Shown here: piece after piece, positions 47,563 through 55,889 of the stretch
Layout: every line of letters starts with the position of its first letter
How positions within the stretch are numbered: the first letter of the stretch is position 1
Origin: an uncultured Acidobacteriaceae bacterium
GTDB lineage: Bacteria; Acidobacteriota; Terriglobia; Terriglobales; Acidobacteriaceae
Assembly (NCBI GenBank): GCA_963814015.1
Contig: CAWFBI010000007.1
Coordinates: 247,461 to 311,460 of the forward strand
Length of the DNA: 64,000 bases
Direction of reading: 5' to 3'
The notes under the pieces: generated by a model
What the model was told of the DNA's origin: nothing
Databases searched by the model: none
The model's input: the letters and a program-made list of their open reading frames with translations, nothing else
Program-made: the position numbers and the translations under genes

Positions 47563-47840
47563 GAGCAGGTTTGCGCGTCTCTCCGGGCAATGGTCTCCTC
47601 GATCGCGGAGATCAACGACCATCAATTTAGTCGGCTGGAGGGCGACTTCGTCTGGCGCCATCACCCGAACACGGACAAGACGTTTCATTGTTCTCGACGG
47701 TCGTCTGAGGATCGACTTCAGAGATGGCGCGGTTGACTTGTTCTCAAGTGCTGGGCTGATGAGGACTTTAGAGCGTGCCTGATAAGCGGAGCAGCCCGTG
47801 AAGGCCGTAGCGATGAATGTGCTGCAATTAGACTTCGGGT
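47519..47840 (+). pseudogene. decayed small cupin-domain gene
   Basis: Motifs of the ~110-aa cupin family are spread over several frames: TINFESRFARLSGQWSP in frame a, IAEINDHQFSRLEGDFVWRHHPNTDKTF in frame b, IVLDGRLRIDFRDGAVDL in frame a, then weak VPDKR..QPVKAVA..VLQLDFG remnants. Confidence 0.5.
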
Positions 47841-48506
47841 ATGAGCGACTACCATCACTTCCGCGACGATTTGCCGAATGAACCACCCGTTCGTGGATTC
47901 CTGCATCGCCCGGCCGATGCGATCGGCGATTGGCTTGTCTTGACCCATGGTGCGGGCGCAAACTGTAATGCCCCGCTCCTCGTAGCGCTGGCAGATGCGT
48001 TCTCCGCGTCGGGGTTGAATGTCCTTCGCTGCGATCTCCCCTTTCGCCAATTGCGACCCCACGGGCCGCCACCACGCGGCAGTGCAGAACGCGACCAGCA
48101 GGGGCTCTCTGCGGCCGTTGCCTCCGTAAGGCGACAGAGTTCGGGCCGTACGTTCCTGGGGGGTCATTCCTACGGAGGAAGGCAGGCGTCGATGCTGGCC
48201 GCTGATGAACCAGGTCTGGTTGATTGTCTACTGCTGCTCTCCTACCCGCTCCATCCGCCCCAACGGCCGGGTGAGCTACGCACCGCGCACTTCCCGCGAC
48301 TGCAAACCCCAGCGCTATTCGTGCACGGTGCACGCGATGGCTTCGGTTCCACCGATGAGTTGGGAGCGGCGCTAAAGCTTATCCCTGCACGAACGGAGCT
48401 GCTAACAGTTACTGGTGCCGGCCACGAACTCCTCACCAGGAAAAATCGTGATGAGTTACCGGGGACGGTGGTGGAGACGTTTCGGTCATTTGCCGCTGTG
48501 GTTTGA
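47841..48506 (+). CDS. alpha/beta-fold hydrolase (COG3571-like)
   Basis: 221 aa with LVLTHGAGAN, GGHSYGGRQAS and FVHGARDGFG motifs. Confidence 0.8.
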   Translation: MSDYHHFRDDLPNEPPVRGFLHRPADAIGDWLVLTHGAGANCNAPLLVALADAFSASGLNVLRCDLPFRQLRPHGPPPRGSAERDQQGLSAAVASVRRQSSGRTFLGGHSYGGRQASMLAADEPGLVDCLLLLSYPLHPPQRPGELRTAHFPRLQTPALFVHGARDGFGSTDELGAALKLIPARTELLTVTGAGHELLTRKNRDELPGTVVETFRSFAAVV

Positions 48507-48518
48507 TCAGCTTTGGCT

Positions 48519-49187
48519 CTATGCATTCTCCGGCTTCGCTCCCGGTAGCCTTTTTCGCAGCATCGCAATCTGTCCGGAGTGGTGCGCTTCGTGCTCGCAA
48601 ACGTGAAACCACTTGCAATAGTTGTTGGTTGGACCCCAGGGCCAATCTTTGTCAACTGCCATTAGCCAGGCGTCATCCTGCTTGCGAAACTCTGCCAGAG
48701 ACTTCTCCCGAACCTCCTGAAGGATATTGACGTAGTACTCCCGGTCATGTCCCTTGATCGTCTTTCGTCCTTCCTCGCCCAGATTCATTGCCGGATCCCA
48801 CTTCTGCTTCACCGAGTCGGGCCACCAGCCCCACTTCTTCCCCTCGAAGGTGTTGATCTGGTAATAGGTCTCGGCGGCAGCCAGGTGCAGCATGAGAGCA
48901 CCGATGGTGTTGGCATTCTTATCGAACAGAACATCCAGGTCGGCCTGCGTAAGTCCCTTGGTTGCAGCCAGAACTCCGTTGCCCTCACGCATCCAGGTGA
49001 GCATGGAAACGAAGATACCAACCTGCGGAGCGTATCCAGGTCTTGGTCCAAGGATATTAAGTTGCGGACCGTCGGCCTGGGCAGCTTGGGGAAGCAAAAG
49101 TGAACCACAAAGGCCGGCAGTAAGAGTGGCTGCGGTTCCGCTAAGAAAGCTTCTCCGGTTTGGAAGGCGATGGATTGGTTGGTTCAT
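48519..49187 (-). CDS. DinB-family protein with Tat signal
   Basis: The RRSFLSGTAATLTAGL twin-arginine signal is followed by a four-helix DinB-like domain that ends in HEAHHSGQI. Confidence 0.8.
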   Translation of the reverse strand: MNQPIHRLPNRRSFLSGTAATLTAGLCGSLLLPQAAQADGPQLNILGPRPGYAPQVGIFVSMLTWMREGNGVLAATKGLTQADLDVLFDKNANTIGALMLHLAAAETYYQINTFEGKKWGWWPDSVKQKWDPAMNLGEEGRKTIKGHDREYYVNILQEVREKSLAEFRKQDDAWLMAVDKDWPWGPTNNYCKWFHVCEHEAHHSGQIAMLRKRLPGAKPENA

Positions 49188-49200
49188 TGATTCTCATCCT

Positions 49201-50640
49201 TTAAGGCCTGGGCACGGCCACAACGGGAATATTGAAGGGCGCAAACTGCTCGTGAACAACTTTGTCTTCGCCGACCGCAACCACGGTCATCTTTTCCGGT
49301 GCGAGATAGCGCTTGGACGTTTGCTGCACCTGCGCGGTGGTAGAGCTCACAATGCCGTCCGCATCCTTACGGATGAACTGCGCATCGAGTCCGTAGACCC
49401 ACAGGCTGGCAAGACGCAGCGCCAGCGAGGCCCGTGATTGCAGGCGAAAGCCAAGGGTCCCCAGCAGGTAGCGCTTTGCGGATGTCAGCTCCTGCTCGCT
49501 GACCGGCGAGGTAGCGATGCGGTTTAGTTCGAAGAGCGTCTCCTTGTAGCTGGGCCCGGTGACCGCGTTGCGCACATCTTCGCGGGTTAGGACGACCCCG
49601 GATTTCTGGTGAATATCCAGGTAGGAATAGGGCGAGTAGGTATACCCCTTGTCTTCGCGGATATTCTTGGTCAGCCTGGACCCAAACATACCGCCGTAAA
49701 TGGCGTTGGCCACCTCAAAGGACGCGTAATCCGGATCAATGCGCGTGGGAGCGGGCGCGCCGATTAGCAGGGAAGTCTGCACCGAACCAGCACGGGGAAC
49801 GAAGAAGATCTTCTTCTCCGCCGCGGAGATCGTCTCAGACGGGGCGGGCGATTTGCTTCCCGCGTCAGCATGAGCGCCATTCCAACGATCGAAGGACGAA
49901 TGAATCGCGGCGAGCACAGTCGTGGGGTCGATCGCACCTACAACGACGACGATAGCCTGGCTCGGCTGAAACGTGGCCGAGTAAAGCTTGCGCAGGGACT
50001 CTGGGGTCGCATGTTCGACCATCGCCGAAGTAGGCGAGACCACCCCGTAAGGGTGATCGCCGTAATGGATGCTGCCAAAAGCGCGCTGAGCCAGAAAGCC
50101 CGGGTCACTCTCGCTCTGCTGAATACTGGCAAGAAGATTTGTCTTGGCCAGCGTTACTTCGCTGTCGGGAAAAGAGGCGAGAGTTGCCAGATCGGCGAGC
50201 AGCGCAACGGCGTCAGAGACGTGCTCGGAAAGTGGTTCGATCGAAAGTGTGAGGTCTTCTGTGCTGGCGACGGCCTTCAGGTCACCGCCGGCAGCCTGGG
50301 AGCGCTCGGCAATCTGGCGTGCGTTCATACTGCTTGTGCCCAGCTTGACGGTCGCTGCCAGCAGGTCGGAAATCCCTCGTGCGTCTGCCGGATCGGCGCA
50401 GTAGCCGCCGCGCAACGACAGCGTAACCGCAGCCTTGGGCAGGTTGTTCTGCTGCACCAGCCACACAGTCAACCCATTAGTCAGCTTCTCGCTCTGCACT
50501 TTGGGGGCTTCCGGCACTCGCAGCGGACCGTAAGGGGGTAGCTCCGCCGGCATCTTGATGTCGGCGCCCTGGGCGGCGAGCGCACAGCCGGCGAGAAGCA
50601 TGGCGGAAGCACAACGGATATTGCGGAGGAAGGGGTGCAT
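49201..50640 (-). CDS. M16-family peptidase, non-catalytic subunit
   Basis: 479 aa with a signal peptide and M16 fold, but no HxxEH (the equivalent region reads GISDLLAATVKLGT). Confidence 0.85.
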   Translation of the reverse strand: MHPFLRNIRCASAMLLAGCALAAQGADIKMPAELPPYGPLRVPEAPKVQSEKLTNGLTVWLVQQNNLPKAAVTLSLRGGYCADPADARGISDLLAATVKLGTSSMNARQIAERSQAAGGDLKAVASTEDLTLSIEPLSEHVSDAVALLADLATLASFPDSEVTLAKTNLLASIQQSESDPGFLAQRAFGSIHYGDHPYGVVSPTSAMVEHATPESLRKLYSATFQPSQAIVVVVGAIDPTTVLAAIHSSFDRWNGAHADAGSKSPAPSETISAAEKKIFFVPRAGSVQTSLLIGAPAPTRIDPDYASFEVANAIYGGMFGSRLTKNIREDKGYTYSPYSYLDIHQKSGVVLTREDVRNAVTGPSYKETLFELNRIATSPVSEQELTSAKRYLLGTLGFRLQSRASLALRLASLWVYGLDAQFIRKDADGIVSSTTAQVQQTSKRYLAPEKMTVVAVGEDKVVHEQFAPFNIPVVAVPRP

Positions 50641-50642
50641 GG

Positions 50643-52067
50643 CTATTCTCCAGCCTTTTGCGCGGGCGGCTTGGGAGCCGGGTTGCGTTCGACAACGGTG
50701 CGGTTGCGGGCCACCAGATACTTTTGTGCGAATGCCTGAACATCGCTGGGGGTAACTTTGTCGATGTCGGCGGGAATGGTATTGACTCGCGCGGCGTTGC
50801 CGTCGAAGAGAGCGGCGTGGGCGATCAGCGACGCACGATCGATCGGCTGCTCCATCTGGTCGTACCAGTCGGAGCGCATCTTGGTCTGGACGCGGGCCAG
50901 TTGCTCCGCCGTTGGACCTTTGGCGGCAAGTTCCTGGATGGTTTCGTCGTACGCCGCCAGCACCTTGGCCGCCAGTGTCCCAGCAGGCTCAACCAGGAAT
51001 GTGGTCATCAGCGTGGGCCCGTTGTATTCAAAGGGATTGCCCAGTGGCCAGTTCGCTCCTCCATCCACAGAAACAGCAACCTGCTTTTCTTTCACCAGGT
51101 GCTGGTAGAGCAGCGACGCCTCGCCGTTGTGCAACAATTCGCCGGTTACGGCGCCGACCACGGCGTCGCTCGAGTTGCGGTCAGGCAGGCGATAGCCGAT
51201 GGCCAGAGCTGGCAGGTTGGCGAGTTTGTCTTCCTCGACTGCGTGGCGCTCAGCGGTCTGCTCTTTCTCCACCACGTTGGGCAGCGGAGGCACGTCACGG
51301 CGTGGAACCGAGGCAAAGTATTTTTCCACTTTGGCAAACACTTCGGCGGCGTTGACATCGCCGGCAATGGCCATCACAGCATTGTTGGGTGCGTAATATT
51401 TCTCGTAGAAGGCACGCACATCCTCGATACGGGCTGCGTCCAGATCGTGAAAATCGCCGTAAAAATTGTGGCTGTCGGGGTAGGTGTCGTAGGCCTTCAT
51501 GGGAAGGTCGATGGCGAAAAAGAGTCCATACGGCCGGTTCAGGACGTTGACGCGGACTTCCTCCTCAACCACCTGGCGCTGGTTATCCAGATTCTTAGTG
51601 GAGAAATCCAACGTCTTGAGCCGGTCGGCCTCTAGCCAGAGTACGGGATCGAGAGCCGAGACCGGGGCCGTCTCGATGTATTCGGTGTAGTCCCAACGGG
51701 TATCTCCATTGAGGTTGCCACCGCCGCCTTCAACCACTTGCGTCAGTGTTCCCTTGGGAGCAACCGGAGTGCCTTCGAACATCATGTGTTCAAAGAGATG
51801 GGCGAACCCGGTCCTGCCCTCCGGCTCCAGACGGAAACCAATTCGATAGGCGATACACAAGCCAAAGGTGGGCGCTGAATGGTCCTCCGAGACGACCACA
51901 GTGAGTCCGTTTGCCAGCGTCTTCTGCTGCAGGGGGATGGAAAAATTGGTTGCTGCGCTGGCCCGCGTCAAGCCAGGCACAAGCAGTGCTGCGGAGGCGA
52001 GAGCGATCACAATGTGGCGGGGAAAAGGAATCAATGGCGTCCTCACTGGCAACGGATGAGTGACCAC
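50643..52067 (-). CDS. M16-family zinc metallopeptidase, catalytic subunit
   Basis: 474 aa with the inverted zinc motif HLFEH (GFAHLFEHMMFEGT). Lies 2 nt upstream of its partner gene. Confidence 0.9.
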   Translation of the reverse strand: MVTHPLPVRTPLIPFPRHIVIALASAALLVPGLTRASAATNFSIPLQQKTLANGLTVVVSEDHSAPTFGLCIAYRIGFRLEPEGRTGFAHLFEHMMFEGTPVAPKGTLTQVVEGGGGNLNGDTRWDYTEYIETAPVSALDPVLWLEADRLKTLDFSTKNLDNQRQVVEEEVRVNVLNRPYGLFFAIDLPMKAYDTYPDSHNFYGDFHDLDAARIEDVRAFYEKYYAPNNAVMAIAGDVNAAEVFAKVEKYFASVPRRDVPPLPNVVEKEQTAERHAVEEDKLANLPALAIGYRLPDRNSSDAVVGAVTGELLHNGEASLLYQHLVKEKQVAVSVDGGANWPLGNPFEYNGPTLMTTFLVEPAGTLAAKVLAAYDETIQELAAKGPTAEQLARVQTKMRSDWYDQMEQPIDRASLIAHAALFDGNAARVNTIPADIDKVTPSDVQAFAQKYLVARNRTVVERNPAPKPPAQKAGE

Positions 52068-52093
52068 CGCAGTATAGCCGTAACCTGTCGGGG

Positions 52094-52756
52094 TTATCGC
52101 TTTTCAAAGATCAGGAAGTAATCCTGACCGTCGGCCTTGGTGAAATCGTAGCGTGCAACCTGGCGAAAGCCCGCGCCCTCCACCTCGGCGCGGACAATGG
52201 GCTCGTTAAGACCATGGTCCGCGCCGTTGCCGTTTTTGTCGATGATGCCGAAGCGAGCGCCCGGCTTGAGAGCAGCGCGCAGGTTCGCCAGGAGGAGCGG
52301 GGGATGGGCGATCTCGTGGTACACCTTCAGCATCAGAGCGGCGTCAATCGAGTCGGGCGCAAGCTTGGGGTCGTCCGGTGTCCCCAGGAGCGTTTCTATG
52401 TTGGAGAGATGCTCACGCTTGGCGCGCTGCTGGATGTAGGCAATAGCCTTAGGGTTGATTTCCTCAGCGATAACGCGCCCACTGGGAGCGACGCGGCGGG
52501 CCGCGCGGACGCTGAACCAGCCGCCACCGGCGCCGATATCGGCAACCGTGCTGCCCGCTTTGATGTTCAGCAGATCCATCACGCGATCGATCTGGAGACG
52601 CTTATCGCGGCCAGGCTCCTCGAAAATGCTGAGGTCGCCGGCATAAGGCGTGCTGGTGGGGTGCGATGGCGCAGCGACGCTTTGCGCCCGAAGGTTTGGC
52701 ACGGAGACAAAGGCGAAGGCGAGCAGAGCGGCTAGCAGTTTGCAGCGAAGGGTCAT
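52094..52756 (-). CDS. class I SAM-dependent methyltransferase with N-terminal signal peptide
   Basis: Signal-like MTLRCKLLAALLAFAFVSVPNLRAQS, then SAM motif I VADIGAGGGWF. Confidence 0.8.
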   Translation of the reverse strand: MTLRCKLLAALLAFAFVSVPNLRAQSVAAPSHPTSTPYAGDLSIFEEPGRDKRLQIDRVMDLLNIKAGSTVADIGAGGGWFSVRAARRVAPSGRVIAEEINPKAIAYIQQRAKREHLSNIETLLGTPDDPKLAPDSIDAALMLKVYHEIAHPPLLLANLRAALKPGARFGIIDKNGNGADHGLNEPIVRAEVEGAGFRQVARYDFTKADGQDYFLIFEKR

Positions 52757-52943
52757 GTCATTAGAGTGTCATACCAAGACCAGATTGGAACAGGATGGGT
52801 CCCCGGGTTCACCATCCCAACTTCGCGCATGATCGCATTCCAGGGACGGATCGAATTCTGAAGTCTAGACTCCAGAGAAAAACCAAAACCGCGTAGTATT
52901 CGTAACTTCTTAGGCCCTTCAGTAGTCTTATCTGGGTCCAGAA

Positions 52944-54689
52944 GTGGTAAGCAAGATGCTTCTTTTGTTCTTAGCGTATTTCGGTGGAGTGCTCACCATT
53001 CTCAGCCCCTGCATCCTGCCGGTTTTGCCATTCGTCTTCGCGCGCTCCGATCAGCCTTTCCGCAAGAGCGGTTTGCCCTTGCTCGCCGGTATGTCTCTCA
53101 CCTTTGCCCTGGTTGCCAGCCTCGCGACTGTGGGCGGTGGCTGGGCGGTACGAGCCAATCAGTTCGGGCGTATTGCCGCTCTGATTCTCTTTGCGATTTT
53201 CGGTCTCACTTTGCTCTTCTCGTCGCTGGCGGATCGTCTGTCGCGTCCATTGGTCCAACTGGGCAATCGACTCTCAAGAAATACCGATTCCGGTGCCAGT
53301 GTCCTGAACTCGTTCTTGCTCGGCATTGGTACCGGATTACTCTGGGCGCCCTGTGCTGGGCCAATTCTAGGACTCATTCTTACCGGAGCGGCGCTGGGAG
53401 GCGCGAGTACCCATACCCTCATACTCCTTCTCAGTTACGCCGCTGGAGCAGCGACCTCGCTGGCGGTTGCCTTGCTCGCCGGTGGCCGCTTGTTCGCTGC
53501 CATGAAGCGTGGGCTGGGAGTGGAGGAGTGGATTCGCCGTGCTCTCGGTGTAGCCGTACTGGCTGCGGTAGCCGCCGTGGCCTTCGGACTGGATCGTGGC
53601 GTGCTCACCCGTCTTTCTCTCGCCAGCACGGGCGGTCTGGAACAGCGGCTGCTCGACCGGTTCCACCCCGCGAACCAACCAAAGAGAATCGTACTCAATC
53701 AAACCATCGACATCACCGACAGCGCTACGCCCGCGGTCCTTCCCGACCTTTCCGGAGCCACCGCGTGGATCAATTCACCACCGCTCACGCCTGCGTCGTT
53801 GCAGGGAAAAGTGGTTCTGGTGGATTTCTGGACTTATTCCTGCATCAACTGCCTGCGCACGCTGCCCTATATCAAGGCCTGGAACGAGAAATACAAAGAC
53901 AGCGGCCTGGTTATCATTGGCGTGCATACGCCGGAGTTTCCGTTCGAAAAGGATGAATCCAACGTGCGCAAAGCGGTCCAGGATCTCGGCGTCCCTTATC
54001 CGGTGGCGATGGACAACGACTACCGCATCTGGCGCAACTTCAACAATGAGTATTGGCCCGCTGATTACTTTATCGATGCCACCGGACGAATCCGCTTTCA
54101 CCATTTTGGCGAGGGCGCGTATGACGAATCTGAACAGTGGATTCGGACCCTGCTCAAAGAAGCCAACCATGCGCCTATTCCCGATACCGTGACCAAAATA
54201 GCGGCCAGCGGCGCCGAAGCTCCCCCGGATGCGGACGATGTCCTATCCCCTGAAACCTACGTCGGATATGCAAGAGCGCAGAACTTCGCCTCTCCTGGTG
54301 GATTGAATCAGGATGATCCCCAGCTGTATCAAACTCCAACCGAACTAAAGCTCAACCAGTGGGCGCTCGCCGGCAATTGGAAAGATGAGGACCAGGTTGC
54401 AACCTCGCTTGCCCCGGACGCGAATATCTCGTTTCGCTTTCACGCTCGCGACCTTCATCTGGTCTTAGGGCCGCCGACGGACGGTAAGCCGGCCCGTTTC
54501 CGCGTCACCATCGATGGCCACGCGCCGGGCGCTGACCATGGCTTGGATACCGACGCAGAAGGATACGGTGTCGTGACCGGCGATCGCCTGTATCAACTGA
54601 TTCGTCAGCAAGGCAGTATTCATGACCGTACTTTCACAATAGAATTTTTGGCGACCGGGGTACGGGCGTATTCATTCACCTTCGGGTAA
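52944..54689 (+). CDS. dipZ: cytochrome c biogenesis / thiol-disulfide transfer protein DipZ (CcdA-TlpA-like fusion)
   Basis: CcdA/DsbD-type membrane domain (LSPCILPVLP, WAPCAGP), then a thioredoxin-like domain with a CxxC (FWTYSCINC) and an extra C-terminal domain. The start may be ATG 52956. Confidence 0.85.
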   Translation: MVSKMLLLFLAYFGGVLTILSPCILPVLPFVFARSDQPFRKSGLPLLAGMSLTFALVASLATVGGGWAVRANQFGRIAALILFAIFGLTLLFSSLADRLSRPLVQLGNRLSRNTDSGASVLNSFLLGIGTGLLWAPCAGPILGLILTGAALGGASTHTLILLLSYAAGAATSLAVALLAGGRLFAAMKRGLGVEEWIRRALGVAVLAAVAAVAFGLDRGVLTRLSLASTGGLEQRLLDRFHPANQPKRIVLNQTIDITDSATPAVLPDLSGATAWINSPPLTPASLQGKVVLVDFWTYSCINCLRTLPYIKAWNEKYKDSGLVIIGVHTPEFPFEKDESNVRKAVQDLGVPYPVAMDNDYRIWRNFNNEYWPADYFIDATGRIRFHHFGEGAYDESEQWIRTLLKEANHAPIPDTVTKIAASGAEAPPDADDVLSPETYVGYARAQNFASPGGLNQDDPQLYQTPTELKLNQWALAGNWKDEDQVATSLAPDANISFRFHARDLHLVLGPPTDGKPARFRVTIDGHAPGADHGLDTDAEGYGVVTGDRLYQLIRQQGSIHDRTFTIEFLATGVRAYSFTFG

Positions 54690-54700
54690 AAGGAGGCGTT

Positions 54701-54911
54701 ATGAACGACTCGGTAGTGAATCGCCAGCGCCCTGACCGGCGCGCGTTTCTGGCCACCTCGGCCGGCGCTTGCGGGGGCGCCGCACTTTGTAATTGTGTCC
54801 TCGGGGTGTTGCCAACTCCATCTCGGACATGTCTTCGATGATGGCCCTCCTCCAACCGGTCAGCGCTACTGCATGAACTCAGCCGCTATGCACTTCGTTA
54901 AGCTGGCTTGA
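54701..54911 (+). pseudogene. msrB: internally deleted/frameshifted msrB remnant
   Basis: A strong SD (AAAGGAGG) and ATG 54701 encode a Tat-like signal ([17 protein letters not shown]) that stops at 54839-54841. In the +1 frame, 54819-54911 encodes [30 protein letters not shown], the conserved MsrB C-terminus. The central ~100 codons are missing. Confidence 0.65.
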
Positions 54912-54934
54912 CGGTTCGGCCGTTACAATGGGCC

Positions 54935-55684
54935 ATGTCTTCGGTCAACGAACACTACGAACGGCTGCTGTCAAAGCACTACACGTGGATGTTCGGCGCG
55001 TCCTTCGACGAACGAGTGGCCGAACAAAAATCTTTCCTCTCTCGCGCGCTTGAGCCTCTAAAAGACAAGCTGGAGGGCGCGCTCGCCATAGACCTCGGTT
55101 GTGGACCCGGTTTCCAGACCGTTGCCCTGGCGCAGCTTGGCTTTTCTCCGGTACTCGCCATCGACACCAGTGCACAGCTTCTCGATGAACTGCGCTCTCA
55201 TGCAAGTAGCCTCCCGGTGCAGATAAAGAAAGCAGATCTCCGTGATTTGACGGCAATCGTTCCAGCTGGACAAGCCACTGTAATTGTCTGCATGGGCGAT
55301 ACGCTGACTCACCTGCCGGGTAAAGCTGACGTGGGTGCCCTGTTCCGCGCAGCGTTCGACGCACTTTGTCCTGGCGGGATGTTCATAATCACATACCGCG
55401 ACTTGACCATGGAACTCCACGAGACAGACCGCTTCATTCCTGTTCGAAGCGATGGCGATAAAATCATGACCTGCTTCCTCGAATTCGAGAACCCGGAGTC
55501 AGTGGTCGTTTACGATCTGGTGCACGTACGTGACGGGGCGAGCTGGTCCCTGAGCAAGAGCAGCTATCGGAAGTTGCGTTTGGGGATCGACTGGATAGGT
55601 CAGGAACTAAGCAAAGCCGGTTTCACCGTCGTATCTCAAGACTCTTCCGGAAGACTTATTGCGGTCTCAGCTGCTAAACCGTAA
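54935..55684 (+). CDS. class I SAM-dependent methyltransferase
   Basis: SAM motif I AIDLGCGPGFQT and motif post-I/II. ATG 54935 preferred over TTG 54908. Confidence 0.8.
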   Translation: MSSVNEHYERLLSKHYTWMFGASFDERVAEQKSFLSRALEPLKDKLEGALAIDLGCGPGFQTVALAQLGFSPVLAIDTSAQLLDELRSHASSLPVQIKKADLRDLTAIVPAGQATVIVCMGDTLTHLPGKADVGALFRAAFDALCPGGMFIITYRDLTMELHETDRFIPVRSDGDKIMTCFLEFENPESVVVYDLVHVRDGASWSLSKSSYRKLRLGIDWIGQELSKAGFTVVSQDSSGRLIAVSAAKP

Positions 55685-55698
55685 TGAAGGAGTAAAGA

Positions 55699-55830
55699 AT
55701 GTTCCAGGTGGTGTTTGTAGTGCTCGCATTGCTGGCGGCATCGATCCACTTGGCATTCTCGAAACACAGGCGGAGCAGTAGATATGTACGGGCTAACGCC
55801 CGTACCCGCCGCCCTCATTTTCTGAAGTAA
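55699..55830 (+). CDS. possible 43-aa membrane peptide (speculative)
   Basis: SD AAGGAG lies 7 nt before ATG 55699. Hydrophobic MFQVVFVVLALLAASIHLAF is followed by a basic tail, but the 3' half is encoded by a REP-like hairpin. Confidence 0.25.
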   Translation: MFQVVFVVLALLAASIHLAFSKHRRSSRYVRANARTRRPHFLK

Positions 55831-55889
55831 AGGAAGGGTACGGGCTTTAGCCCGTACATTAACCTGCAACCCCCAGCGGGCTTTAGCCC
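55786..55889. repeat. cluster of REP-like GC-rich hairpins
   Basis: GTACGGGC-TAAC-GCCCGTAC (55786-55805), GTACGGGC-TTTA-GCCCGTAC (55838-55857) and GGGC-TTTA-GCCC (55878-55889). The same GACGGGC-TTTA-GCCCGTC hairpin occurs at 13479-13496. Confidence 0.8.

Noticed and set aside
47542-48333. 263-aa minus-strand ORF
   Set aside because: It is antisense to the alpha/beta hydrolase gene and the cupin relic, with R/A/G-rich shadow composition.
50658-51635. 325-aa plus-strand ORF
   Set aside because: It is antisense to the catalytic M16 peptidase gene (HLFEH motif).
52795-52830. tRNA-like GGGTTCA..CCATCC stem-loop upstream of dipZ
   Set aside because: Only a single hairpin is present. No acceptor, D or anticodon arms can be drawn, so it is not a tRNA.
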